DNA of 54,479 nt. Source: Acidobacteriota bacterium (GTDB lineage: Bacteria > Acidobacteriota > Thermoanaerobaculia > Thermoanaerobaculales > Thermoanaerobaculaceae). The stretch is taken from the NCBI GenBank assembly GCA_027458945.1, contig DAIDOU010000101.1, forward strand, positions 1-54,479, in the 5' to 3' direction. The notes under the pieces were generated by a model that made no database searches, was not told the origin of the DNA, and was given only the letters and a program-made list of their open reading frames with translations. Positions 1 to 12,918 of this stretch are shown here, piece by piece. Both the position numbers and the translations under genes were made by a program. Position 1 is the stretch's first letter; the number at the start of each line of letters is the position of its first letter.

Positions 1-1
1 C

Positions 2-157
2 GACGCGCTCGCGCAGCGCGACGCCGATCGGGCCGAAGCGCTCTGGCGCTCGTATCTCGACCTCACCGAAGCGGCCTTGACCAAGGCGCTGACCGATTTC
101 AAGCGCCGCGCCGCGACCCCCGCGCGCGACGTCGCGAAGGCTGCGGACGCGGCCTGA
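2..157 (+). CDS. Partial CDS, 3' end only (possibly the C-terminal effector-domain tail of a GntR/FadR-type regulator)
   Basis: Frame is open from the window edge to TGA at 155-157. The tail DALAQRDADRAEALWRSYLDLTEAALTKAL is helical and regulator-like. Only 51 codons are visible. Confidence 0.3.
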   Translation, partial: DALAQRDADRAEALWRSYLDLTEAALTKALTDFKRRAATPARDVAKAADAA

Positions 158-251
158 TCGGATCCGGATCGCCCCGGAACGGAACCTTCCCGAGCTCCCA
201 GGAACGGCGCCGAGCGCCCCGCGTCGGCCCTGCAGCGCGCTCGTCACGCGC

Positions 252-282
252 TTGAAATAACTGATCCTGATCAGTTAAATTA
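252..282 (+). promoter_or_regulatory. Putative sigma70-type promoter with an overlapping palindromic operator upstream of the TonB-dependent receptor gene
   Basis: AT-rich patch in GC-rich DNA: TTGAAA (252-257), 17-nt spacer, TTAAAT (275-280). The spacer contains the perfect inverted repeat AACTGATC-CT-GATCAGTT (259-276). Confidence 0.45.
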
Positions 283-360
283 ACGTATCGCCGACGCCAC
301 CCGGAGATTCTCGGGGCACGGCCGCGGCTCGAATAATGCGTTCGGAAACAGGGGTTCACG

Positions 361-3300
361 ATGTCCAACTCATTGATTTCACGGGCGAGGCTCTCTAGCC
401 TCGCAGGCCTCGCGGTCGCGCTGGGCGCGGCCACGGTGGGCGTTGCGGCCGCGCCAAACCCGGGAAGCGGCCAACCCGCATCGCCGAACGGCAAGATCTT
501 GCTCGCCGCGGTCGATCCGCCGGCGCCGGCGGCCGCGTCCGCCGATTCCGCGGCGCCGAGCACGACCTCGGTGCTGAACCAGGTCGTCGTGACCGGTACC
601 CGGATCGCGAGCCCCGGCGAGACTTCGGACAGCCCGTTGGTCGCGGTCGGCGCGGCGCAGATCGCGGCGACCGGACAGGTCTCGCTGGACTCGGCGCTCG
701 CGCAGATGCCGCAGTTCGCCGCGGCCCAAGGCCACGCCGAGGTCGGCGACGTGCAGGGCTCGACCGGGTTCCAGGGCGGTCAGTCCTACTCCGATTTGCG
801 CGGACTCGGCCCGCAGCGCACCTTGGTGCTGCTCGACGGCCAGCGCCTGGTGCCGACCAACCCGAACGGCGCGGTCGATCTCAACGTGATCCCGATGGCC
901 TTGATCAAGGGCGTCGACGTGATCACCGGCGGCGCGTCGGCGGTCTACGGTTCCGACGCGATCGCGGGCGTGGTGAATTTCCGGCTGCGACAACACTTCC
1001 ACGGCGTGAAGGTCTCCTACCAGCACGGCGCATCGACGCACGGCGACGGCCAGGAGAACAGCGTCAGCGTCCTGCTCGGCGGCAACTTCGCGCACGATCG
1101 CGGCAACGCGGTGCTCGACCTCGAATACAACGAGCGCGGCGGGATCACCGGCGCGGATCGGGCGTTCTTCTCGAACATCGACACGATGAACCGGGGCGTG
1201 CCGCGCGGTCCGGAGGCGATCTTCAACGCCGGTGAGCTCGGCGCGACGATTCCGATCTCCGCGGTGAACCAGATCCTCGCCGGCTACCCCGGCACGACGC
1301 CGCTCACGGGCACCGGCAACTATCCCGGCTATTTCGGGATCAACGGCAACGGCTCGCTGTTCACGACGCGCGACCCGGGCAACTGCGTGCAGAACTACCA
1401 GGGACCGGTGGGCCAGACCCTGGGCCTGCACATCACCCCGGATTGCACGCAGGTCAAGTCGTACCTCGGGCCTTACTTCGCGATCCAGGTGCCGATGCGG
1501 CGCTACAACCTGTTCTCGCGCGTGACCTACGACGTGAACGACAACCTGCAGGCGTACGGGCAGGTCAACTTCATGCACTCCTACGCGCAGGACCTGCAGG
1601 CGGCCTCGTACATCGGGCCGGGCAAGTTCTTCTACGTGCCGTTGAACAACCCGTACGTCCAGAACAACGCCGCCCTGCAACAGCTGATCGGCGCGAGCAC
1701 GACCCCGGTCACCGGGCCGCTGTCGGTCGAGGATTGGTTGACCGCGCTCGGGCCGCGCATCGAGACCTTCACCTACAACGACTACCAGCTCGCCGGTGGC
1801 TTGAAGGGCGGCATCGGCTCGACGGACCTGACCTGGAACGTCTACGGTTCCTACGGGCAGACCTTGTTCGACAGCGCGCAAGCGAACAACATCAACATTC
1901 CGGCGATCGAGACGATTCTGTACGGCACCGCGAACTATCAAGGCGCGAACGGCCCGAATTGCGTCGGTTATGCGTGGAATCCGCTCGGTGCGCAGCCGAT
2001 GAGCGCGGGCTGCCGCGCGTACGCGACGGGCACCGCCCACAACACCAACACGATCACGCAGAAGAACTTCGAGGCGGATCTCAGCGGTACCGTGATGAAG
2101 CTCGCCGAGGGGAACCTCAAGTTCGCGGTCGGCGCGGACTATCGCGGCGAGAGCTTCAGCTACAGCGCCGACCCGAGTCTCAACCCGGCGTTCAACGTGC
2201 TGCCGTCGCCGCTGCCGCCGGACATCATCTCGCCGTCGTACGACCTGGTGAGCTCGACGGGCGGCACGCAGAACGTGCGCGAAGTGTACGGTGAGTTGCA
2301 GGTGCCGGTGCTGAAGGACAAGCCGTTCGCGAAGAACGTCGCGGTCGATCTCGGCGTGCGCAATTCGCAGTACGACCTGTTCGGCGGCGTCAACACCTGG
2401 AAGGCGGACTTCCACTGGCAGACCAGCAGCGCGTTGATGTTCCGCGGCAGCTTCGAGCGCGCGATCCGGGCGCCGAGCCTGCAGGAACTCTACAACCCGA
2501 TCGTGCAGGCCCAGGACTCGATCTCGGTGGATCCGTGCGAGTACAACAGCTCGTACCGGACCGGCGCGAGCGGGGCGCAGGTCGCGGCGCTGTGCGCCGC
2601 GCAGGGCGTGCCGGCGGCGGCGCTGTCGACGTTCACCTACGGCGTGAGCTCGGCACCGGGCATCTTCCAGGGCAATCCGACCCTGCAGCCTGAGACCGCG
2701 AACACGTACTCGCTCGGCTTCGTGCTGACGCCGAAGTTCGATTCGCCGATGGCGCGGGACCTCGGCTTGTCGGTCGACTACTACCACATCAAGCTGAGCA
2801 ACGCGATCGCGGGCGTCAGCCTCGATGCGGTCCTGTCGCGCTGCTTCAACGCGGGCGGTGCGAACCCGAGCTACAGCGAGAGCAACTTCTACTGCCAGCA
2901 GATCCAGCGCGACAGCAACGGATTCATCACGCTCGGCAAGGAGTTCTCGCTGAACATCGGCTCCTACACGACCGACGGCGCCGACATCGAAGGACACTGG
3001 GGCTTCGCGCTGCACGACCTCGGACTGCCCGAGGACTCCGGCCGGGTGATGATCCAGTCGTACATCTCCTACCTGAACTCGTTCACCGAGACGGGCGTGC
3101 TCGGATCGTCGTCGCTCAACTTCGCCGGCGGGATCGGCGACACCGGCACGGTGTTCGCGGCGGACGGCACGACGATCTCGGATCTGTCGCACCCGCACTG
3201 GAAGGCCAACACGATGTTCGGCTATGCGATCGGACCGGTCTCCGGCGCGCTCCACTGGCGGTTCATCAGCGCGATGAACGACCTCGGCACCGCGGGCGTG

Positions 3301-3501
3301 CCGCAGGTGCCGGCGTACAACTACTTCGACCTGGACGCGAACTGGCGCGTGACCGATCAGATCAAACTCACCGCCGGGCTCACGAACCTGTTCGACAAGG
3401 GGCCGCCTGAAATCGCCAGTGCCCCGATGCGCACCGATGCGGCCACCTACGACGTCGTGGGCAGGACGTACTACGTCGGCATCCAGGCCGAGCTCAAGTA
3501 A
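361..3501 (+). CDS. TonB-dependent outer-membrane receptor
   Basis: 1046 aa with a signal-like N-terminus. Plug-domain motifs VVVTGTRI, DLRGLG, TLVLLDGQRL and IKGVDVITGGASAVYGSDAIAGVVNF, followed by a long Gly/Tyr/Asn-rich beta-barrel region. Confidence 0.9.
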   Translation: MSNSLISRARLSSLAGLAVALGAATVGVAAAPNPGSGQPASPNGKILLAAVDPPAPAAASADSAAPSTTSVLNQVVVTGTRIASPGETSDSPLVAVGAAQIAATGQVSLDSALAQMPQFAAAQGHAEVGDVQGSTGFQGGQSYSDLRGLGPQRTLVLLDGQRLVPTNPNGAVDLNVIPMALIKGVDVITGGASAVYGSDAIAGVVNFRLRQHFHGVKVSYQHGASTHGDGQENSVSVLLGGNFAHDRGNAVLDLEYNERGGITGADRAFFSNIDTMNRGVPRGPEAIFNAGELGATIPISAVNQILAGYPGTTPLTGTGNYPGYFGINGNGSLFTTRDPGNCVQNYQGPVGQTLGLHITPDCTQVKSYLGPYFAIQVPMRRYNLFSRVTYDVNDNLQAYGQVNFMHSYAQDLQAASYIGPGKFFYVPLNNPYVQNNAALQQLIGASTTPVTGPLSVEDWLTALGPRIETFTYNDYQLAGGLKGGIGSTDLTWNVYGSYGQTLFDSAQANNINIPAIETILYGTANYQGANGPNCVGYAWNPLGAQPMSAGCRAYATGTAHNTNTITQKNFEADLSGTVMKLAEGNLKFAVGADYRGESFSYSADPSLNPAFNVLPSPLPPDIISPSYDLVSSTGGTQNVREVYGELQVPVLKDKPFAKNVAVDLGVRNSQYDLFGGVNTWKADFHWQTSSALMFRGSFERAIRAPSLQELYNPIVQAQDSISVDPCEYNSSYRTGASGAQVAALCAAQGVPAAALSTFTYGVSSAPGIFQGNPTLQPETANTYSLGFVLTPKFDSPMARDLGLSVDYYHIKLSNAIAGVSLDAVLSRCFNAGGANPSYSESNFYCQQIQRDSNGFITLGKEFSLNIGSYTTDGADIEGHWGFALHDLGLPEDSGRVMIQSYISYLNSFTETGVLGSSSLNFAGGIGDTGTVFAADGTTISDLSHPHWKANTMFGYAIGPVSGALHWRFISAMNDLGTAGVPQVPAYNYFDLDANWRVTDQIKLTAGLTNLFDKGPPEIASAPMRTDAATYDVVGRTYYVGIQAELK

Positions 3502-3516
3502 GGTCCAAGGGCACTC

Positions 3517-3554
3517 CCGGCTCTGCGGTCACCCACGGGCGACCGCAGAGCCGG
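3517..3554. terminator. Perfect 14-bp stem-loop between convergent genes (likely bidirectional terminator)
   Basis: CCGGCTCTGCGGTC (3517-3530), 10-nt loop, GACCGCAGAGCCGG (3541-3554). It lies between the receptor stop (3501) and the oxidase stop (3585). There is no clear T-tract. Confidence 0.55.
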
Positions 3555-3584
3555 TGACCCTTCCGCCCGCCGGCCCGGTGCGGC

Positions 3585-4967
3585 CTACAGCACCTTGCCG
3601 GGATTCATGATCCCGTTCGGGTCGAACAGCGTTTTCACGCGGCGCATCCAGTCGAGCCGCGCCGGCGCGCCGAGCCGCCGCAGGGTGGCCTTCTTCTCGA
3701 GACCGATCCCGTGTTCCGCGGAGAACGAGCCGCCGAGCGCGGCCAGCTCGTCGGTCAGCAGCGGGGCGATCTCCTCGTAGCGCCCGCCGATCGGTCGCGC
3801 GGCGTTCACCGTCAGGTGCACGTTGCCGTCGCCCAGGTGCCCGATCACGAAGAGCTCGAGCGCCGGGTCGTGGGACGCGAGGCGCGTGCGGCAGCCGCCG
3901 ACATACCGCGGCAACGCCGCGAGCGGTGCCGACACGTCGTACCACAGGCCGCCCGGACGTTCGCGGTCGACGGCCCAGTCCTCGCGAATCCGCCAGAAGC
4001 GCTGCCGCTGCGTCTCGTTCTGCGCAAGCGCGGCATCTTCGATCGTGCCGCGCGCCGCTTCCCGCTCCAGCCAGGCGGCGAGCGCCGCCGCGGCGGCCGC
4101 GGCGTCGGGGCGGCAGACTTCCACGAGCACGAGGTAGGGCTGCGCCGTGAGCGTCGCGAGCTCGGTCGTGCCGATGGCCCGGCAGACGGCGGCGGCGTGA
4201 TTGCCGGACATCAGTTCGACCGCCTGCAGTTCGAATTCCGGGTGGCGTCGCACCGAGTCGCACAGCGCGACCGCGGCATCGAGACTCGGCACCGCGACGA
4301 GCGCGGTCGCCGGGCTCCCGGCGCGATCGACGAGGGCAAGCGCCACCCGGGTGACCACGCCGAGCGTGCCTTCGGCACCGATGAACAGCTGCTCGATCGC
4401 GAGCCCCTCGTTGCGCTTGCGGACCCGGCGGAGCTCGCTGAGCACCGAGCCGTCGGCCAGCACCACCTCGAGACCGAGCACCCGCTCGCGCATCGTGCCG
4501 TGGCGGAACGCCGCGTTGCCGCCGGCATTGGTCGACACCAGGCCGCCGAGCGTCGCGCTGTCGCGCGCCCCGAGATCGATGCCCGGGGCGAGGCCGTGCG
4601 CGGCCGCGCGCCCGGCGAGCGCCGCGAGCGTGACCCCGGCGCCGGCGATCGCGGTGCGGCTCACGGCGTCCAGCGATTCGATTTGCGCGAACCGATCGAG
4701 CGCGACGATCACTTCGCCGTCGCGGGATTCGGCGCCGCCGGACAGTCCGGTACGCCCCCCTTGCGGGACCACGCCGATCCGGGACGCATTGCAGTACGCG
4801 AGCGCGCGCGCGAGCGCTTCGGTCGTGCGCGGGCGCAGCATCAAGCCCGCGCCGAAGTTCCTCGGATCGACGCCCGGATCCGCGCCGGCGAGATCCGCGG
4901 CGGTGCGGGCCGAGTCGGGTCCGACGATCGCGATCAGGTTCGCTGCATGCTCGGCGGACAACGGCAT
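3585..4967 (-). CDS. FAD-linked oxidase (GlcD / D-2-hydroxyacid dehydrogenase family)
   Basis: 460 aa. FAD-binding PCMH-type N-terminus (VVPQGGRTGLSGGA) and a C-terminal oxidase domain (GSFSAEHGIGLEKK, NPGKVL end). Confidence 0.85.
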   Translation of the reverse strand: MPLSAEHAANLIAIVGPDSARTAADLAGADPGVDPRNFGAGLMLRPRTTEALARALAYCNASRIGVVPQGGRTGLSGGAESRDGEVIVALDRFAQIESLDAVSRTAIAGAGVTLAALAGRAAAHGLAPGIDLGARDSATLGGLVSTNAGGNAAFRHGTMRERVLGLEVVLADGSVLSELRRVRKRNEGLAIEQLFIGAEGTLGVVTRVALALVDRAGSPATALVAVPSLDAAVALCDSVRRHPEFELQAVELMSGNHAAAVCRAIGTTELATLTAQPYLVLVEVCRPDAAAAAAALAAWLEREAARGTIEDAALAQNETQRQRFWRIREDWAVDRERPGGLWYDVSAPLAALPRYVGGCRTRLASHDPALELFVIGHLGDGNVHLTVNAARPIGGRYEEIAPLLTDELAALGGSFSAEHGIGLEKKATLRRLGAPARLDWMRRVKTLFDPNGIMNPGKVL

Positions 4968-5055
4968 CTTCGACCCTCCGCGCGGTGCGCACCTCGCGTC
5001 GAGGCCGGTCGATTGTGCCGGCCGGCCCGGCCCGCTTCAAGGCGCTCGCGCGTCC

Positions 5056-6210
5056 TCAGGACGGTCGCGGCGCGATGAACGGCAGCGGCGTCACCCGCGC
5101 ACGGAGCTTGCCCTCGCCCGGCACGAGCACGTCGAGCGCCGTCCCCTCGTTCCAGTGCGACCGATCCAGCATCGCGTAGCCGATGCCCTCGCCGAACGCG
5201 GGCGAGACGGACGCCGAGGTGACCTCGCCGACGCGTTGCTCCTCCGCGAACACCGGCCAGCCCTGCTCGCAGGCCGGCAACTGCATCGCTTCGATGAACA
5301 CGCCCATGAGCCGCCGGGTGACCCCGCGCTCGCGGATCGCGGCGAGCGCCCGACGACCGACGAAGTCGATGTCGCGATCCAGATGGACGTACTTCTCGAG
5401 ACCGATCTCGAACGGATTGTTGCCGTTGTCGAAGTCGTTCCCGTAGGACAGCAGTCCGCCCTCGATCCGCTCGGTATTGTGGGGCGCGCCCGGGCCCACG
5501 TCGAAATCGCGGCCGGCGTCGAAGCACGCGTCCCACAGGCGTTCGCCGAGCGCCCAGTCGTTCACGTAGATCTCGAAGCCGCCCTGCTTGCTCCATCCCG
5601 AGCGCGCGACCGTCAACGGATGCCCCTGCCACGCGAGCGTCGCGAAGCGGAAGAAGCGGATGCGGCGGACCTCGTCGCCGAACAGGCGCGCCACGAGGTC
5701 TTCGGCCTTCGGCCCCTGCACCGCGAGCGGCCAGACCGCGGGCTCACGGCAGTCGACGTCGAGGCGCAGGCCCGCGGCCAGCCCCTTCGCCCACAGCAGC
5801 ACGTCCGAATCCGCGATCGACAGCCAGAAGTGTTCGTCGGAGAATTTCAGCATCACCGGATCGTTCACCATCCCGCCCTGCTCGTCGACCAGCGGCACGT
5901 ACAGGCATTGACCGGGCACCGCGCGCGAGATGTCGCGGCAGGTCATCCGCTGGACCAGGCTCGCCGCGTCGCGCCCGCGGATCTGCACCTGGCGTTCGCA
6001 GCCGACGTCCCAGACCTGGACGTGGGTCTTCAGGTGGTGGTAATCCTCCACGTCGCCGCGGAACACCTCGGGCAGCAGCATGTGGTTGTAGACCGAGAAC
6101 ACCCGGCACCCGGCCGCCTCGACCCGCGCGGTGTAGGGCGTGCGCCGCATGCGCCGCCCCGCCGCGAGCAGCGGGGCGGACGTCGACACGATACTCGAGA
6201 TCTCTTGCAT
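5056..6210 (-). CDS. Aminomethyltransferase-family (GcvT/DmdA-like) folate-binding protein
   Basis: 384 aa from the ATG at 6208-6210 (MQEISS...). GcvT-like fold signatures (ARSGWSKQGGFEIY, C-terminal barrel). The longer ORF in the track has an implausible Arg-rich N-terminus. Confidence 0.75.
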   Translation of the reverse strand: MQEISSIVSTSAPLLAAGRRMRRTPYTARVEAAGCRVFSVYNHMLLPEVFRGDVEDYHHLKTHVQVWDVGCERQVQIRGRDAASLVQRMTCRDISRAVPGQCLYVPLVDEQGGMVNDPVMLKFSDEHFWLSIADSDVLLWAKGLAAGLRLDVDCREPAVWPLAVQGPKAEDLVARLFGDEVRRIRFFRFATLAWQGHPLTVARSGWSKQGGFEIYVNDWALGERLWDACFDAGRDFDVGPGAPHNTERIEGGLLSYGNDFDNGNNPFEIGLEKYVHLDRDIDFVGRRALAAIRERGVTRRLMGVFIEAMQLPACEQGWPVFAEEQRVGEVTSASVSPAFGEGIGYAMLDRSHWNEGTALDVLVPGEGKLRARVTPLPFIAPRPS

Positions 6211-6256
6211 GGCTGCGGTTCTCCGATGAGCCGGGCCCGGGCACTCGCCCGCGCCG

Positions 6257-8086
6257 TCATTCCAGCATCTGCGCCATTTTAGGCTTCGCCGCGACGTAGC
6301 GCCGGTGCACGTCGACATAGGTCGACTCGTAGAGCGCATCGACCACCGCCGGCGCCAGAAAGCCGCGCGCGAAGCCCGGCACGACCGGTTCGATCGAGAG
6401 TTCCGCCGAGCGCATCAGGTGCGCGAGCAGCATCCGCGGATCCTCGTTCCCGACCGCGATCCGGATCGTCGTTCGCGAGATCCCCGCGTCCGCGAGCGCC
6501 GCGTCGGAGAGCTCCGAGTGACTCGTGAGGGCCGGGCACAGCACGACGGTGTTGGTCTGCCCGAGGCTCACCTGCAGGCCGAACACCGGCTCGAGCAGGT
6601 CGAAGAACGCCCTGAACGCGTCGATCGGGATCCGCTCCTCGCCCTGCCCCGGCTCGAAGTCGATCGTGAACAGCGGTGCGGGCAGCGCGAGGAACAGGTT
6701 CTCGCGGCGCAAGCGGGCGTTCGGATGCCCGTCGATGGCCGAGCAGTTCACGCGAATCCGCGGATGGGCGGCGAGCGCATTCGCGAGCACGATCGTCGTG
6801 ATGCACTTCGACAGCATCCGCAGCTCGAGGGTGCGCATCCCGTTGATCACCTCGTACGCCTTGTCGGCGTCGAGGAACGCGCCCTTGATGTAATAGACGT
6901 TCCAGAACAGCGTTTCGTCCCAGCGCACCGTCGCCGTCCGCCCGCCGGCGCGGGTCACGGTCACGCTCGCGCCCTTCGGCAGGAACATGTCCTCGTTGCG
7001 GCCGATCACCACGCCGGCGGTCGTCGCGCCATAGCCCGCGAGGTCCTTCGTGTACGAATGGATCACGAAGTCGGGGCGCTCCGCGGGGTCGTCGCGCCGC
7101 AGCGTCGGCTGCAGGAACGGCGTGCCCACGGTCGCGTCGCAGATCACCGTGTGGCCGCGGGCGTGCGCGAGCCGGCAGATCCCCGGAACGTCGAGCACGT
7201 GGCCGTGCGGATTGCAGGGGCTCTCCAGGTACACGTAGATCCGGCGGTCGGCCGCGATCCGCTCCGCGTAGCGCGTGCCCGCCTCCTCGAGCGCGCGCTG
7301 CACGTCCGCGGCTTGGTAACCGTCGAACCAGTGGATCGCGACGTCCAGGTTGCTGCGCTTCCCGTACCAGTCGTGGAGCAGCTGATAGGCGCCCCCGTAG
7401 ATGTTGCGGCTGGCGACGATCACGTCCTGGTAGCCGACGAGGTGGGACAGGGTCGCATCGATCGCCGCCATCCCGGAGTTGAAGTTCCACGCGAGGTACT
7501 CCGCCGCGAGCGGTCCCGCCTCGACGTCGACGATGTGGTTCGCGAGGCTGATCGAGGTCGGGTTCAGCAGGCGCGAGTAGATCTCGTGCAGGAACTCCTT
7601 GCCCTTGAACGCATCCTCGACCCATTCCATGCACGCGTAGATGTAGGTCGCCGTGCGGGTGATCACCGGGGTCGCCGAGAAGATCGCGGTCACGTTGTCG
7701 AACAACGCATAAGGGCCGCGGCCGGCATCCGGTTGGGCGTGGCCGACCAGCGACTGGTAGGTCTTGCGCATCGGCGACTGGAGGTTGTCGAGCACCTTCG
7801 CGAGCTGGAAGCACGCGAACCGCTTCGCGTTGAACCATGCGATGCGGTCCTTGCGGTCGAGCTGCGAGAGCCGTCGCGCGGTGATCTCGATCAGCTCGTG
7901 CGTCGCGACGTTCGCCGCGTACAGGCTCCCGGTCAGCGCGCCGAGCGCCCGGCCGTGCTCGCTCGCCGGATCGATCCCGAAGTGTCCGAGCTGTTCGGCG
8001 ACGAGGGCGGCCGCGGTGTCCTCGTGCGTGGAGTTGCGGCGCGGGCTGAGCTCGCGCAACGGGTCGATCGTGTGGCTGTCGCTCAT
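6257..8086 (-). CDS. PLP-dependent Cys/Met-metabolism-family enzyme with a long N-terminal extension
   Basis: 609 aa from the ATG at 8084-8086, preceded by GGGAGG. The trans-sulfuration fold starts near YSRLLNPTSISL and has the SYTKDLAG lysine motif. About 150-200 extra N-terminal residues and an internal insertion. Confidence 0.8.
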   Translation of the reverse strand: MSDSHTIDPLRELSPRRNSTHEDTAAALVAEQLGHFGIDPASEHGRALGALTGSLYAANVATHELIEITARRLSQLDRKDRIAWFNAKRFACFQLAKVLDNLQSPMRKTYQSLVGHAQPDAGRGPYALFDNVTAIFSATPVITRTATYIYACMEWVEDAFKGKEFLHEIYSRLLNPTSISLANHIVDVEAGPLAAEYLAWNFNSGMAAIDATLSHLVGYQDVIVASRNIYGGAYQLLHDWYGKRSNLDVAIHWFDGYQAADVQRALEEAGTRYAERIAADRRIYVYLESPCNPHGHVLDVPGICRLAHARGHTVICDATVGTPFLQPTLRRDDPAERPDFVIHSYTKDLAGYGATTAGVVIGRNEDMFLPKGASVTVTRAGGRTATVRWDETLFWNVYYIKGAFLDADKAYEVINGMRTLELRMLSKCITTIVLANALAAHPRIRVNCSAIDGHPNARLRRENLFLALPAPLFTIDFEPGQGEERIPIDAFRAFFDLLEPVFGLQVSLGQTNTVVLCPALTSHSELSDAALADAGISRTTIRIAVGNEDPRMLLAHLMRSAELSIEPVVPGFARGFLAPAVVDALYESTYVDVHRRYVAAKPKMAQMLE

Positions 8087-8198
8087 CGTGCCTCCCTCGT
8101 CGGTGCCTGCAGGGTACGCCGGGTCGGTTGGCAGGGGCTGCCAATGATTTTCCTCGAATCGGCTACAATTGGCAGAATCGGCCAATCGAGGAGCGATC

Positions 8199-11355
<3,157 letters not shown>

Positions 11356-11375
11356 TCACGGCGCCAGTGTGGCAG

Positions 11376-11398
11376 CCTTTCCTGAACGAGTCAAGAAA
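11376..11398 (-). promoter_or_regulatory. Putative furA promoter / FurA operator
   Basis: Minus-strand sequence TTTCTTGACTCGTTCAGGAAAGG, 23-45 nt upstream of the furA ATG. Near-palindrome TTTCTTGA/TCAGGAAA containing a TTGACT -35-like hexamer. A relatively AT-rich patch. Confidence 0.4.
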
Positions 11399-11520
11399 CA
11401 CCATCCACTGACTGGGACTCGCTCGGAGTGCATTGAGAGCCGCCGGCCATGTCGGGGGCACGCTCGTTCTCTTCCCGTCATCAGACGCGACAGCGGCGGG
11501 CAGCACGGTCGCCCCGGAGA

Positions 11521-12918
11521 TCAGCCCGACCCGGACCGCTCCGGCGCGGCGAGGAACGCAGCGGATGCGTCGAGCCCGCCCCCCTCGCGCGGCTCGAGGC
11601 GCGCCGTGCCGCCGCTCGCGGCGGCGAGCTGCGCGACGATCGCCAAGCCCAGCCCGCTCCCACCACCCGACGGCGAACCGCGCCAGAAGCGCTCGAACGC
11701 GCGCCCGCGCTCCGCCTCGCCGAGCCCCGGACCCTCGTCGAGCACATGGACGACGACCCGGTCGGATGCCTCCACCAGCACCGTGACCGTCGATCCCGGC
11801 GGGCTCACACCCAGCGCATTGTCGATGTAGTTGTCGATGATCTGCTCGACCGCCGTCTCGACGGCGACGGCGGGTGCGGAATCCGGCCCCTGGTACCGCA
11901 CCGCGACGTCGGCCTCCTGGGCGAGCGGCAGCCACTGCTCCACCCGCTCCTGTGCGATGCGCGCGACGTCGTGCACCCCGGCCGGCTCAGCCTCGGCGCG
12001 GCTCAGCGCCAGCAGGCCGTCGATGACCGTCCCCAGGCGGTCCAGCTCGGCGTCGGCGGCGGCGAGCCGCTCGGTCGCGCCGACCGGATCCGTGTCGACG
12101 AGGTCGCGGGCCGCGTCCAGCCTCAGCCGCAGCGCCGTCAGCGGCGTGCGCAGCTGATGGGATACGTCCGAGGCGAAGGCGCGCTGCAGGTCGATGAGCG
12201 CAGCGAGCCGTTCCGCCATCGAGTTGAACGTGCGGGCCAGTGAACGCACCTCGGGCACGCCTGCCCGCTCCTCGGCGCGGGTGGCGAGCTCGCCGGCGGC
12301 GAGCTGCTCCGTCGCGGCCTGTAGAAGCCGCAGCCGCCGACTGATGCCGCTCGCGAAGACCGCTGCGACGACACCCGCCAGCAGCACGGTCACCCCCGCG
12401 ACCGCGATCAGACCCCACACCTGCCGCGCCGCGGCATCCGCGAACTCCTGGGAGGGATAGCTCAACCGCACGGCGCCCTCGGTCGTGCTGCCGCTCAGCA
12501 CCGGGACGGCGACGTACAGCATGGTGATGCCGAGGGTGTTGGAATGGCGCTCTCCGCTGACGATCCTGCCCTGCAGCGCGGCGGCGATTTCAGGTCGGGA
12601 CAGGTACGAGGCGCCCACGCGCGACTGGTCGGCATCGCTCGTCGAGACCGCGACACCCTCCTCGTCGACGACCACGACCCGCGCACCGCTCGCCGCGCTG
12701 TATGCCGCGACGGTCGCGACGGCGGTCTTGTCGCCGGCAGCAGTGCCTTTGCTCAGCGCGTCCTCGAGCCGGCCCGCGAGCACGAAGGCATCCCTTTCGA
12801 GGGTGGTCACCACCCGCTCGCGCTCCACGCCGGTGAGGTAGAACGCGAAGGGAATGTTCTGGACGAGGAGCACCACAACGGTGAAACCCATCATGGCGAG
12901 CATCAGGCGGCGCCTCAT
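11521..12918 (-). CDS. Sensor histidine kinase
   Basis: 465 aa from the ATG at 12916-12918, with an ATGA overlap with the regulator stop. TM, HAMP, H-box FASDVSHQLRTPLTAL, and ATPase G-boxes GLGEAE / GGSGLGLAIV. Confidence 0.85.
   Translation of the reverse strand: MRRRLMLAMMGFTVVVLLVQNIPFAFYLTGVERERVVTTLERDAFVLAGRLEDALSKGTAAGDKTAVATVAAYSAASGARVVVVDEEGVAVSTSDADQSRVGASYLSRPEIAAALQGRIVSGERHSNTLGITMLYVAVPVLSGSTTEGAVRLSYPSQEFADAAARQVWGLIAVAGVTVLLAGVVAAVFASGISRRLRLLQAATEQLAAGELATRAEERAGVPEVRSLARTFNSMAERLAALIDLQRAFASDVSHQLRTPLTALRLRLDAARDLVDTDPVGATERLAAADAELDRLGTVIDGLLALSRAEAEPAGVHDVARIAQERVEQWLPLAQEADVAVRYQGPDSAPAVAVETAVEQIIDNYIDNALGVSPPGSTVTVLVEASDRVVVHVLDEGPGLGEAERGRAFERFWRGSPSGGGSGLGLAIVAQLAAASGGTARLEPREGGGLDASAAFLAAPERSGSG

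Noticed and set aside
379-3255. 958-aa ORF antisense to the TonB-dependent receptor gene
   Set aside because: Extremely Arg/Asp/Val-rich with no motifs. This is the typical stop-free shadow frame of high-GC DNA, and the opposite strand carries clear receptor motifs.
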